Shown piece after piece: positions 29,053-43,100 of a stretch of DNA of 64,000 nt. Position numbers and translations under genes: made by a program. The stretch's first letter is position 1, and every line of letters begins with the position of its first letter. The DNA comes from Eledone cirrhosa (Eukaryota), in assembly GCA_964016885.1 (NCBI GenBank), contig OZ024751.1:31992001-32056000 (forward strand), given 5' to 3'. The notes under the pieces are model-generated. The model was not told where the DNA came from. It saw only the letters and a list, made by a program, of their open reading frames with translations, and did not search any database.

Positions 29053-29484
29053 TAATTAATGTCGTTCGAAAAACAATAATATTTCGCGGTTAAAACACCA
29101 AAACAAAGTGAAAACAAATGATATCAACATGAAATATAAAAGGAAAGGAGAGGAGACAAAATAAATAAATAAAAATAAGTTAATGAAACCCAAATAAGTT
29201 AAAGATATAGAATCGCGAAGGATTTATATAAGTTGATTTTAACTGCAGGTATCGGTTTGTTTACAAATATAAACAACGGACACCGTATATATATATATCG
29301 TGAAACGTAGTTATCACAATATCAGTATATCAAAAACAATAACAAATATATATGCTCACTGAGTTAAAAATAAAAATAAAATTATATAAAATTATATTAA
29401 ATCACGTTACACAAAATAAAATAAAATAAAATAAAATTAAAATTAGATTACGTTACTTAACTAGCTTTCTCTATTCTGTGTGGC

Positions 29485-29668
29485 AGAATAATTGTTTCAC
29501 CTTAGCGGATCCTCAGCTCGTAATGCATTACGAGCTGAGGATCCGCTAAGGTGAAACAATTGTTCTCGGTATGGTGAACTAACTGTTGTGTAACCACTTC
29601 TACCTAACCCGTCCCATGGACTGAGTGCTCTACCACTACGGATATTACCTTCCAGTGTTCTACCACTA
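29485..29668. mobile_element. Family J palindromic HHR element with one-sided tail
   Basis: Spacer-less axis taatg|catta at 29525/29526; second single-arm copy at 30168-30304(-). Confidence 0.85.
29531..29568 (+). ncRNA. Minimal type-I hammerhead
   Basis: CGAG-CUGAGGA-U-CC-GCUAA-GG-U-GAAAC-AAUU-GUU-CUCG; self-complementary stem III ACAAUUGU. Confidence 0.8.
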
Positions 29669-29689
29669 TATATATATATAAATTTTAGT

Positions 29690-30086
29690 ACAGCATTAAC
29701 GAAGCTTTAGAACACGGCCAAGCTAACGAATGCAGAATCGGTCTGTAGCTTTAGCACTCGGATGGGGAAAAGAACCCCAGAGTAATAACAATGCGTTCAG
29801 ACAGCTTAGCGGTCAGATATAGCGGTCGGCAGTCAAGCCGCATCACTAGAGCAACGAAAATACAGGACCCAGGAAAAAGGGCTCGATAAGGATAAATATA
29901 TATCAAATATATAAGAGCCGTAGAGCAAATATTTATTAAAATAACAGATTAAAGTTTAAGCAAAGAATCGCTGCTTTCACCCTTAACGGGATCTTCTGAA
30001 ACTCAGAAGATCCCGTTAAGGGTGAAAGGACCGATTCTTTGCTTAAACTTTAATCTGTTATTTTAATAAATATTTGCTCTACGGCT

Positions 30087-30090
<4 letters not shown>
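29690..30090. mobile_element. Family C palindromic HHR element with long left tail
   Basis: Arms ~29909-29998 and ~30003-30092; the minus-strand tail continues to ~29690. Confidence 0.8.
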
Positions 30091-30162
<72 letters not shown>

Positions 30163-30908
30163 TATATAACAGTAGAACACTGGAGGGTATATCCGTAGTA
30201 GTAGAGCACTCAGTCCATGGGACGAGTTTGGTAGAAGTAGTCCCACAACAGTTAGTTCACCATACTGAGAACAAATATTTCAGCTTATGCGGATCTTCAG
30301 CTCGGCCAGTAGAGGTTTAAGGCCTGACGGCTGAGCTCTGGCCATTTCGATAGCAAATTTCAGGGTCTGGAATTTGCTATCGAAACGGCAAGAGCTCAGT
30401 TGAAAATGAGTACCACCACCACAACCACCACAGCCAGAAGCTCATGGAAGAGCAGCAGCAGCTGGGGTTTAACTCTGCAATATACTGGCGTCCCATCTAG
30501 AGTGGTCTTCTCTGATGTTACTCGCTTAACACAAATGGAATCGAAATAACCTCTGGTCCGATGAGACATTAGGCTTGTAACAGTCATTAACTTTAATTCA
30601 ACTGCTTCCGCTTTTCTATCCCGTTGCAATCTTCCAATTATCTATTATACAGAAACATCTGAGCATATGTTGTAAATTTGTATCTCCTGCTAACCATCAA
30701 GTCCAAATATTCCATACATACATCCATTCAAACATACATACACATACACAGACATATACATGCTCATGTATTTAGAAGCGTACATATATTTTTGCACATA
30801 TATATACATATATATACATACAAATATATATGCACGTATATATATGTATACATATGTATGTGTGTATGTGTATATAGGTATATATGTATATATATATATA
30901 TATGTATG

Positions 30909-30953
<45 letters not shown>

Positions 30954-31561
30954 ATCTATTTAGGTGTATCTACAAAATGCCACCTATACGTAATGTTCGC
31001 ATCTAATTTGCTCCGTTTAAAGGAAAGAAACAGGTAGGGGTTCTAAGATAAGGGAGTTCGTATCAATGGTGATGTTGTTGTTGTTGTTGGTGGTGGTGGA
31101 GGTGGTGGAGGCTTGGGACGGGGCTGTCATAGCCACTTACAGTATTAACTACCGTTAAAATCCCCCCTGCGGTGAAGTTGTGTTTCTGTAGTTTGCATTA
31201 GGTGTCTTTGATCGGTGGAGCAGCAGGTTTTTTTTTAACACCATCACTATTACTCCCACTACCACCATCAAGTATGGGGAGTATTGGGTGGAGTGGCTTG
31301 TTGGGGTGGGGTGTTGGGATGGGGTGGGGGACATATGGAAGCTTAATACAAGCAGTGAGTTCCCTAATGAAATTAATGTGTGAAACATCGTGTCCAGGAG
31401 GATATTTTAAATTTATTTTATGTTCACTTGAACGAATATATGGCCATTACAGGATTCTCTGAGTAGGGACGGGGCTAAGTGGCAGTTTCATATTAATAGA
31501 TATATTTAATCATAGTTTACAATATGTATTCTATACTATTTAATCAGGGCGTACGATGTGA

Positions 31562-31680
31562 AGGCATGTGGCTGATTGGTTAGAGAACTGGATTCACAGT
31601 CGTGAGGTTGTCAGTTCGATTCTTGGATCAGGCGATGCAATATGTGCTTGAGCAAGACATTTTATTTCACGTTTCTCCTT
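31562..31680 (+). mobile_element. tRNA-derived SINE head, distinct from S1
   Basis: A-box tggctgattggtta, B-box agttcgattc, then gtgcttgagcaagacattt; similar heads at ~42510-42600, ~50805-50965, ~4270-4360, 11600-11760(-) and 27020-27098(-). Confidence 0.6.
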
Positions 31681-31780
31681 CTACCTGGAGTTGCGACCGA
31701 TAGATAGTATTAGCAATTGGAAAGACCAACGGAAACATTGTTTCCTCGGTCTGATTTGACTAAAGTCGATCGACAAATTT

Positions 31781-32005
31781 TTTACAATATGTATTCAATA
31801 TATTTAATTATATTTCACAATATGTATTCAATACTATTTAATCATAGCTTACAATATGTAATCGATACTATTTAATCTTACTTTACAATATGTATTCAAT
31901 ACTATTTAATCTTACTTTACAATATGTATTCAATACTATTTAATCATAGTTTACAATATATATTCAATATTTTTTATTCATACTTTACAATATGTATTCA
32001 ATACT
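31781..32005. repeat. ~35-bp AT-rich tandem repeat (tttacaatatgtattcaatactatttaatcatag), ~6 copies
   Basis: Directly visible; a further unit near 31505-31545. Confidence 0.8.
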
Positions 32006-32199
32006 CTTTTGTGAATATGTATTATGTATGCATTATCTATGTATATATATATATTGTAAAAAAAAAAAACATTCCGAGGAAACGAATGGTGGTCTACATC
32101 TTCAAAAATTGTATATGTATATATACACATAACTATATTCGTATATCTATATATATCTCTCTCTCTCCATATATATATATATATATAAATATATATATA

Positions 32200-32594
32200 T
32201 ATTATTCAAAATATTAACAAATTAAAAATATTCTCATAATCAAAATATATACTTTATTATATATATTTCAAAGTACTGTGTTGTTTTTTCAGTACGTCCT
32301 CATCAGACAAAATATATGATTTGATATATGACATCCGCTACGGTCTTAATCAAGACCGTAGCGGTATGTCATATATCAAATCATATATTTTGTCTGATGA
32401 GGACGTACTGAAAAAACAACACAGTACTTTGAAATATATATAATAAAGTATATATTTTGATTATGAGAATATTTTTCCTTTGTTAATATTTTAAATAATA
32501 TTAAAAACTCCAGGAAAACTTTCTTGTTGAGTGCTTCTAATCTATTATAAAATTGTATTCATTGAGTAATCAACGAACCATACTAATCTTTCGT

Positions 32595-32600
<6 letters not shown>
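32200..32600. mobile_element. Family K ~300-bp palindrome with HHR on each arm and right-side tail
   Basis: Arms ~32200-32347 and ~32352-32500; related single arm at ~41580-41750(-). Confidence 0.85.
32388..32448 (+). ncRNA. Type-I hammerhead with long stem II (mirror 32252-32312 on minus; relative 41665-41727 on minus)
   Basis: UUUUGU-CUGAUGA-GGACGUACUG-loop-CAGUACUUU-GAA-AUAUAUAU-A-AUAAAG; the loop differs in the 41.7-kb copy while GUACUG/CAGUAC is kept. Confidence 0.8.
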
Positions 32601-32640
<40 letters not shown>

Positions 32641-33575
32641 AATATTATACTCTTGATTTGGCCAGGGATGAATATTTCCAGATACTTTTTAGGTATGACT
32701 TTCCGTATTTATTCTTTGTATGAAATATTGATTGTTCTTCCGGTATCTTATCTCTGTTTTTAGCCTAAGAAAATACCTATATGCGTGTATAAATAATACA
32801 TGCATATATTTATTTTTTTATATCCAATTGAGTTCTTCATGCATGGTTAAAATTATTGAAAGAATTAATTGACCCGCGTGTATATTATTTTATTATTTTA
32901 TGTTTTGCGATGACCTCCCCTTTCCGCTTGATGGCAGTGTGAGATTTCTCATTGTGAGACTGCTGGAATTTCAAATTTGGCGGTCATTCTAGCACGGAAG
33001 GGTACCATCGCTGAATATTAATATCGGTAAGGTATTTTTTGTTTTTTTTTATCGATATTTGTCGGGCATCCACTGATAAGTGCCCACCTACATATATTCC
33101 TACGGACTATGTGTAGGCTTCTATATAACCAGGAAATTATTTTCCCAATTTGTAGAAAACTTATAATGAAACGATCGTTTGGAAAGAGAGATGTATTTTA
33201 ATTATGTCTCATATAAAATAATACAACTGGCTATCTGCAAAATACGTATAGTTAGCACCCCAAACGTATAATTGGGATTATACTAAGGTATATCCTAATG
33301 TTTGTTGAGTGAGACGGAAGCCGGTCGGAGTATTGCTTAAAGCTTTCTCTGTTAATGTATTAAATAAATATATATATATATATAAATATACATATAAATT
33401 TATAAATATATAAATATACATATAAATATATTTCTACTGCAGGTATCAATAACAAAATATTCCTAAGTATATTGGGAAATTTACCTCTCCTTGAACCGAA
33501 CTTTCTATATAAGAAGTTACAGATGTGGTATACATACTATATATATATAGTATGTATACCACATCTGTAACTTCT

Positions 33576-33627
<52 letters not shown>

Positions 33628-34519
33628 TGTATGTATGTATGTATGTATGTATGTATGTATGTCTTATATATATATGTATGTATATCTGTATATATGTGTG
33701 TATGTATGTATATGTATGTATGTATAACATCAAGGCTTAATAAATTATAAATAATGAATCTAGAATGTTCTCTCTCCCTACGGCATAGAGAACTGATTTC
33801 TAAGTGGCCAACATTTACTTAAAACTAATGTAACATTTTGGTATTTGTAGCTGTTATTGATGATGGTGATGGTGTTGAGGGTGATGGTAGTTGTGGTGGT
33901 AATGGCGGTGGTGGTGATGTTACTGGTGATTGTATTGGTGATGTTAGTGTTTGTGTTTGTTGTGGTGGTGTTGATGGTGATGGTAGTGTGCGGAGGTGAT
34001 AGTGTCGTTAATCGTGTTGATTGGTGTTGTTGATGGTGATATTGGTGTTGTTGATGGTGAGAGTGATGGTATTGATAGTAATGGTAGAGGTTTTGATAGT
34101 GATTGTAATGATGATCTTGGAGGTGATGATCTTAAATGCCAAAAAAAAAAAAAGAAAAGTTTATTGGATAATGTGTTCCTAGACATACAAGGGTTGAAAA
34201 CAAAAGAAAAAAAACTAAAAAGAAATACGGGATAGTCACTACCTGAACGTTATTGATCCCCATAATCCGTTCAATCAAAACTAAATTATTATCAGGGTTA
34301 AATTTAGTTTAATAGGAACAATAAGAACAACTGAAATTTCGATGAAGGAAAGGCAAAAATCGACAATTGCGAGCTTTCAACCGAGAACGTAAATTTGTAT
34401 GACTTAAACATGAAAAAATTAACAGAAACGCTGGATTATCGTTTCTGTTAATTCATCGTTCTTTGGCGGTTTCTACATATGTCACACGGCCAGAAATTTA
34501 TAGCGACCCGGTCGGTGCG

Positions 34520-34990
34520 TTACTGGTACTTTATTTTATCAACCTCGGAAGGATGAAAGGCAAAGCTAGCATCGTCGGGGTTTGATTTCAACATTTAAAA
34601 AAACACGACTTAATACTGCAAGACTTTTTGCCTGACGCTACAATGATTTTGTCGATCCATCGCGTTTAAATTTCTTACATAAACCCAAGATTAGAAATTT
34701 TGAGGGAGGGAGTTGGTAGATTATATCGACCCCAGTATTTCTCTGGTACTTTATTTTATTGGACACCGGAAAGATGAAAGGCACAATCGGCGAGATTTGA
34801 ACTCAGAACATAAAGAGTCATAAATAAAACTAAATACTGTAAGCTATTTTGTCATAAATTTCTTAAATAGACACGAAGTCATACATTTTTTTATGGGTGG
34901 AGAAGATGAGGTAGTCGATTAAATCAGCCCCAGTACTTTAAGAATAAAAGCCACAAGTAGATATGAACTAAGAATGTAAAGAACAGGGAT
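34520..34990 (-). mobile_element. Cluster of diverged S1-type SINE fragments
   Basis: Repeated ctggtactttattttat...gatgaaaggca...gatttgaactcagaac motifs. Confidence 0.65.
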
Positions 34991-35807
34991 GTAACTCCTC
35001 GACACAACATTTTGATTTTGTCCGATGTTCTGCCGTGATGGAGGATAAAGCAAATGTTTTGTAAAGCGGGGGAAAAGGGAAACAAGTGTTCGAATCCCAA
35101 CAAATATGTTAATACCGTTTTACTACCCCACTTTTTTTTTTTTTTTAGTATATTTTTTGTTTTCCGTTATTTTGTTCTTGTTTATATCCGGAAGTGATAA
35201 AACCGACATTTCTTTTTTTCGGTTTGTAATTTGAACTTTGCAATTATTTTTCTTGGGGAAAAAAAGAATAGGAGAACCACTCCCTTCCTTACAAAGAACT
35301 CCCATGATCAACACCACCACCACCACCACCTCCACTAAAAACAACAACAAAAATCAACGCCTCTATCACCTCCCTACAATCACCGCCAAAAAACAACAAA
35401 AACAACAAACTCAACAACACTATCATCATCATCATCATCACCACTAACAACAACAACAACAACAACAACAATAATAACAATAACAACCGAAGCAAAAACA
35501 ACAAAAAGAACAGCAACACTATCATCATCATCATCATCATCATCATCTCCAGCATCATCACCACCACCACCAACAACACCACCACCAACACCACCTCCAC
35601 CACCACCAACACCATTAAAACCACCACCAACAGCAGCAGCACTATCATTATCACCCGACACACACCCATACACACACACAAGAACATTGACAGTAGAAAA
35701 CAATATACAAAACAAATAACAATGTGGATAGTTTAAGGTTTGTTTGTTTGTTATCTTTTACTAGGTTAACATTGAAACAATAATATTTCGAGGACTGGCG
35801 ACAGAAG

Positions 35808-36225
35808 ACAATAGTAACGAGGATGGCAGGGGGAGAGGGAGGGGATAACAATAGGAAGAGGGAGAGAAATGAAAGTGTGAGGGGGGAGGTATATGTGTGT
35901 ATGTATACATATACATACACACACACACACATATATACGCATACATACATATATAATACATACATATATACATACAGTATATATATATATATTTGTATGT
36001 ACACAGATATATATATATATATATATATCTGTGTACATACAAATATATATATATATACTGTATGTATATATGTATGTATTATATATGTATGTATGTGTAT
36101 ATATGTGTGTGTGTGTATGTATATGTATACATACACACATATACCTCCCCCCTCACACTTTCATTTCTCTCCCTCTTCCTATTGTTATCCCCTCCCTCTC
36201 CCCCTGCCATCCTCGTTACTATTGT
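35808..36225. repeat. ~420-bp near-perfect palindrome centred on (AT)n
   Basis: acaatagtaacgaggatggcaggg...gtacacag(at)nctgtgtac...ccctgccatcctcgttactattgt. Confidence 0.9.
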
Positions 36226-36566
36226 ATATATATATAGAGAGAGAGAGCGGAAGAGAGTGGGGGTCTAATATAATGTGTTCTTTGTGGTCTAAAAAAAAAC
36301 CGAAGGAAATATTTTAGGAACAAATAATTTAATGGAATTGGAATTCTTTTACTCTTTGACAGTCTGGTTGATAAATTTGATCTTTTTTTTTTATCTGCCT
36401 GTCTGTCTGTCTCATGATTACTTCTCTCCTTTTTTGTTTGTTGAAAAGGAGGGTTAAATGAAAAATGTGGTGGTGTTGGTGTAACCAACCCCCTTCACCT
36501 ATACACTTGAATACAACTACTAATAATATATATATATATAAAGACACATACACACACACACACAGA

Positions 36567-36626
<60 letters not shown>

Positions 36627-37102
36627 ATAATAAACAATACAATATAATTACCTCATTACCAGAGGTTTCCCGAATAAGACGAATACGAAAGAAACGTCTT
36701 CATTCGTTCGTCGGACGGGGCATTATAAAACATAGTTAAATATTTGGAAAGTCTCCTCAAGAAATGCAAAAATCTATAATAGTGTCTATATGAATTAAAT
36801 TGCCCTCATACCTGTTGTACGAAAATTGAAATCTAAGCACCTATAGCGTATCTGTATATATTTATAATTCCGAACATCCGCTGTGATGATTTTCCCAGTG
36901 GTTTGGTTATATTCTGAGCATTACTAGTTACAATCATAAATACTGAAAACTCAGTTTCCCTTTGATATCTGTGATATCCTTGGACATCCATGCTCAGAAC
37001 GGTTGACTGAAAGATCGGAATTCGTTTGTATTTTCTAATTTGATTTTCATAATTTTCCGAAACAGCACAATTAATTTATAAAAGAATATTAAACATAAAG
37101 TT

Positions 37103-37605
37103 TATTGTTATATTTGGGGAGGGTCATATTGTTATAATATTGCCAGAAATATATAATAAAACCCACTCACTGTTTGGTTTGGGTTGGTTTTCGCTTCAGT
37201 ATATTTTATATTTCTATAATTAATTCAGCTGGTAATCAATGTTTATCATTGATTGACCAACAGTTAAAAATATAGATATAAATATCGTCTCTCAGAGTTC
37301 TTTCGTCACACACATGTGAAGCGAAAACCAACCCAAACCAAACAGTGAGTGTGTTTTGTTATATATTTCTGGCAATATTATAACAAGGGTGGTGGATTGG
37401 CAGTATCGGTAGAGGGTCGGACGCCATGCTTTGTAGCACAGTTACGTCCCTTTACGAACTGAGTTCAAATCCCGCCGAGGTTAACTTTGCCTTTCATCCT
37501 TACGGGGTCGATAACATAAAGTACCAGTAATACACTGGGATAATTGCTGGCTTTGTGCCAAAAAGTATATTATAACAAGATGTCCCTCCCCAAATATAAC
37601 AATAT
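37103..37605. mobile_element. Inverted-repeat element with partial HHR in the spacer; right arm split by a SINE
   Basis: Left arm 37103-37198; right arm 37317-37387 plus 37580-37605. The minus-strand spacer reads tcacatgtgtgtgacGAAAgaactctgag, like the PLE HHR at 21837-21868. Confidence 0.7.
37388..37566 (+). mobile_element. Full-length SINE S1 with 13-bp TSD
   Basis: TSD ATATTATAACAAG at 37375-37387 and 37567-37579. Confidence 0.92.
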
Positions 37606-38884
37606 TTGTTCCAACACACGATTTCATATCAAAAACCTTGCTAAACAAATACATTATATTCTAAACTAAATTTCCTTTGCTGCCTGACTTTTCAATCACT
37701 CTATTTATATTATATGTTTTTAAAGATAATATGTAAACATATAGAATAATATATAATGTCTTAATCGAATATTCATTTTTATTTGTAAACAGACATAGTA
37801 CATGATGTCTTCATAGACATACGTAAACAGAGAGAATACATAATATTTTAGAAATTTGTTTTAGATGTAAACATACAGAATATATTATGTCTTCATCGAT
37901 ATATGTAAATAGTTGGTGTCTTTATAAAGACATAAAAAAACCAAAACAATTTCTCTCACCATTTTTTGATCGTTCTCTTCAATTTTGAATTATTATGGTT
38001 AAATATTTATTTTTTCCGCCCCCAACTCCTCCATTCCCCTAAAAAAATAGATTTAAAAAAAAAAAAAAAAATTCTGAAAGTTTAATTAAAGTGTTTGTTG
38101 ATCCAGTAGAAATTTAAACATCATTTCTTCCCAAACGGCGAAAAACATTGGTACGTTTCACAGACACATATATACACTTTTAAAGATAACACATTCTTTC
38201 ACTTTCATTCTTAAACTATATATGAACGAACACCTGTTTCTGTATTTCATTAAATCAACTGCTTGTTTTTGGTTTCTGTTTTGGTTTTTGTTTGTAGTTT
38301 ATGTTATTTCCAAGAGAAGATTAAAAAAAAGGGGGAAGAATTACGTGAAAGAGGTGTAGAGTTTATTAAGAAACTCAATAATTGATTGATATCTGTCTAT
38401 AGCTGAAAGGCACCAACAATCTTTCACGACATGTCGCCCTGACGTCACAGTTTAAAAACAAACAGAAAATTATGAAGTAGAAAAAAAATCTCTTATCATC
38501 CATCGAAGACATTTTTCTTTGCTCACTTTCTTTGCCCATTTTTCTTTATATAATATATTTTTTCCCTATCAATTCAAACTTATTTAATAATACTTTTCTT
38601 GGAATTTCATAACATTATTCCGTTTGTTTAAAAAAAAATGGTTATTATAAATTATTGTTATTAACAATTTCTTCTTCTTCTTCTTCTTCTTCTTCTTCTT
38701 CTTCTTCTTCTTCTTCTTCTTCTTCTTCTTCTTCTTCTTCTTCTTCTTCTTCTTCTTTTTCTTTTTCTTTTTCTTCTAATTATCAATGGAATCATACATG
38801 CATCTATCTATCTATCTACCTACCTATGCATGTATATATCTTCATATCTATGCATGTATCTATCTACCTATCAATGCATATATT

Positions 38885-38949
<65 letters not shown>

Positions 38950-39041
38950 ACATCGGATACGTAGACGAAAGATATTAACAAACACTACACAGTTATTTGC
39001 CTACGGCTCCAACTTTTTCGTGATATCTCATTTCAATCATA

Positions 39042-39086
<45 letters not shown>

Positions 39087-39150
39087 GTGTGTGTCTCTGT
39101 GTGTGTATATACATTTATATCACACACGCACACGCACACACACACACACA

Positions 39151-39245
<95 letters not shown>

Positions 39246-39635
39246 GCTGTTGGGAGCCTGTTTCGAATATTTGCAAGAAACATTTTGTGTGTAGGTGTTT
39301 GAACGTCTACATATTTTTGTAGAGATATATGTATGACCATATATATAGGTATATGTGCACACCCACATACACACTCATACACACACACACACTCATACAC
39401 ACGCACACACATGTATGTGTGTATGTGTGTATGACTATAAAACGGACTATCTTGTTTCACATATCCTTCCTAATTTAAATCTGTTTTGAATGAGATTCCC
39501 CTTTCTATTTCTAGCATATTGAGCAGCCGCGTAGAGGACGACTCTTTGGCTCTACTCGATTATTTAATCTGCTAGAAATGACAGCTGTATTCTCTCAAAT
39601 CATATCCTTAAAAAAAAGGAAAGTTTTATCTAGAA

Positions 39636-39774
39636 CTAGCAGAATGGCCGGGCGTTGCTCGGGATTTGCTCTAGGGTTCTTATATATTTGATATATATTT
39701 ATCCTTATCGAGCCTCGTGAAATAAATACGTTTGTTTATATTTTGTTATTGCGTATGCAAAAATATCTGTACAC

Positions 39775-39862
<88 letters not shown>

Positions 39863-40309
39863 AGATTAAAGTTTAAGCAAAGAATCGCTGCTTTCACCCT
39901 TAATGGGATCTTCTGAAACTAAAAAAATCAATCTGTGAACGCAGAAGTAAATATTTCGAAAAACGTTACACTATATATATGTATATATACACTATATATA
40001 TATACACATACCCCCCCCCCCACAGTCATAATGTCGTAATGCAGACAGCCAGACATACAGACAGATATTATCAGGGCGCAACGCTATATCTATGTATCTA
40101 TCTAAAAAGAAAGACTAAGAATTATAGAGAGAGATCGCTAAATCGCCTGATGCGGTCCCTAGGGCATTGAAAATTTGAAATATTCTTTGCTCAAAACACT
40201 CACAGGACCATAAGTATTACATGTGTAAAGTTTGAGAAACACTCGGTTGGGTGGTTCTCGAGTTTTAGGGAGTCAGACAGACAGACATTCTCTGTTTTAG
40301 ATATATAGA
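39636..40309 (-). mobile_element. Non-autonomous Helitron containing a family C HHR module
   Basis: Minus strand A|TCTATATATCTAAAAC...cccgagcaacgcccgg-ccattctg-CTAG|T; homologous to 9825-10256; family C segment at 39858-39968. Confidence 0.8.
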
Positions 40310-40773
40310 TTATGCAAGAGTCATGGCTGGACAACCTTTGACCAAAAGTCTGCTTAATTCTTTTCGACCTAGGGTTAAACAACAATCACAACAACAAAAA
40401 CAAACATAACAATGGCAACAACAACAATAAGGTCAGCGACAACAACAATGACAATCACAAAAAACAAATAACAACATTAACCATATACAGGCCCCATGTG
40501 TATGTATGGATTTCTACTTGTATATCTGAGAGAGTATAAAGAGGCGAAAAGGGGACATTGTTTGTGTTCCTCTATTGTTGCTTCTATTCACAGGACACCT
40601 TACTACTCTGCCACCCATTACCGTCCCCTGAATGATTGCTCAGGTTGCCATGTTTTGTTTCAAAGCCAGTATAATAGCCGCAATCTGTTATTGTTGTTCT
40701 TCATCTCCTCCCGTACTCTGTACTGTGTAACTTAGCTCTGATATTTTCTTTTGAATAGATAAAGCAGGCATTG

Positions 40774-40959
<186 letters not shown>

Positions 40960-41072
40960 AGAGAGAGACGAACTTGTAGACACGCACATACTCTCTCTTA
41001 CACACACACATACATACGTACATACACTCGCACACACGCGAGCTTACAGACACATGCATATATGTATATATG

Positions 41073-41136
<64 letters not shown>

Positions 41137-41409
41137 CACTCATACACACTGCCCTTTTGTTAATTATTTGATATCGACTCCACACAAAAGCTGTAACGAC
41201 TAAACCACTTCCGTCGCACATCTACCATGACTTTCTATTATAGTAAAATCACATGTGTAATTATTTTAACGTCATCGTTTTCTGCCATGGCTGGGGACGT
41301 ATTTGTAACACAGACGGAAAAACTCAGAGCAAACTCTTTCTAAGCACCAGGTTCTTCATATGTATTGAGTACCTTACTTACTGTGGTTACCCTCGATTGA
41401 ACCCGGGAT

Positions 41410-41477
<68 letters not shown>

Positions 41478-42126
41478 ATGTATGTATGTATATATATATA
41501 TATGTATGTATATATATATATTTAAAGGTTAAACAAGGTTCAATGAATAAATCAACGAATAAGTTTTACAATAGATTAGAAGCACTCAACAATATTGGTT
41601 TTCCGGAGTTATTAATATTAATTCAAAATATTAACAAAAATAGACATTCGTGTGATCAAGTATATTTTATTATACATATTTCAGAGGTACTGAGCTATCT
41701 TCAACAGTACGTCCTCATCAGATAAAATAAGATGATGCATGACATACCCTGACTTAGTAGATGGTTAAGATTCAGTCATGGTAGTGAATAAGATATGACA
41801 AAACTCAATATTTATATACCTTAAGATTGAGACATGAAAAAATTTACATATAATACAGAGGGAGCGTATATATATATGTGTGTATCTGATGGTAGCTAAG
41901 ATGCTTCCATAGGCGGTATGCCGGTTGAGCACTCTATGCTCTTACAGAGCAGAGTATGATATAATATAAAACGAAAAATCAGTGATGCATCTGAACTCAA
42001 TTTATTGTGTTACAATTGTTTCGCTGGCGGACAGCTCGAGACACGATCATTGTGTGGACCTGTCTGATTCTGGAATTGCAGGTTCGACGGACACGTCTAA
42101 TGATTTCGGAGCAAATTCTTTCACTC

Positions 42127-42181
<55 letters not shown>

Positions 42182-42881
42182 CACTATAGTCTTTCATATG
42201 TGAAGATAGAAGGCGAATTTGTTGTTTCGTTAGAATGTCAGATAGAATAGTTTATGTTGTTCGGTCTTTGAGTTCAAATTCCTCCAAGGTCAATATGCGT
42301 TTCATTCTTTCGAGGTCGATAAATAGGTTATCAATTCGATATTGGGGTCGATTCTTCCTCTCTATCCCCCTTTCTCTGGAAGAAATTGGTTGCGTTTGGA
42401 TTTAAAGAGGGATGGGCTCTGCCAGGTTTAAATGCCCAAAATATGCCGAATATCATTCTGGCACCCCTATGACTCAATCATGAGTTATGAGCCTATGCAC
42501 ACACAGGTAAAAGGTATGTGACTCAGTGGTTAGGGTGCTGGGCTTATTGTAAGTTCGTGAGTTCGATTTCTCGACTTGTTGGTGCATTGCATCCTTGAAT
42601 GACGAAAGTTCTAAATATAATTTATCTATAAACTAGTTATAGAATAGTTGACTGTTTTCATTCCAGACCTTTGTATCAGAGTTCAAATACCAAAGAAACC
42701 AACTCTGCCTTTCATCCTTTCGGGGACCGATAAGTAAAGTGCCAGTAAATTACTGGGATAGATCCTCCCCCTCCTTCTCCTCCCCCTCCTTTTACTGGAT
42801 GTTGTCTTGAAATTGTGAGGATGATCACAGTTAATTGAAATTTTTCCACTCACCATATTTAGTATACACGTGTGTACTCTC

Positions 42882-42914
<33 letters not shown>

Positions 42915-43026
42915 TCTCTCTCTCCACACACATCACACATATATATGTATTGTAACAGAGAAGGAGAGAGGAATTCACATCGCATACATAAAATTCATAT
43001 AAGTACACGCGTAGAAGCACACAAAC

Positions 43027-43100
<74 letters not shown>

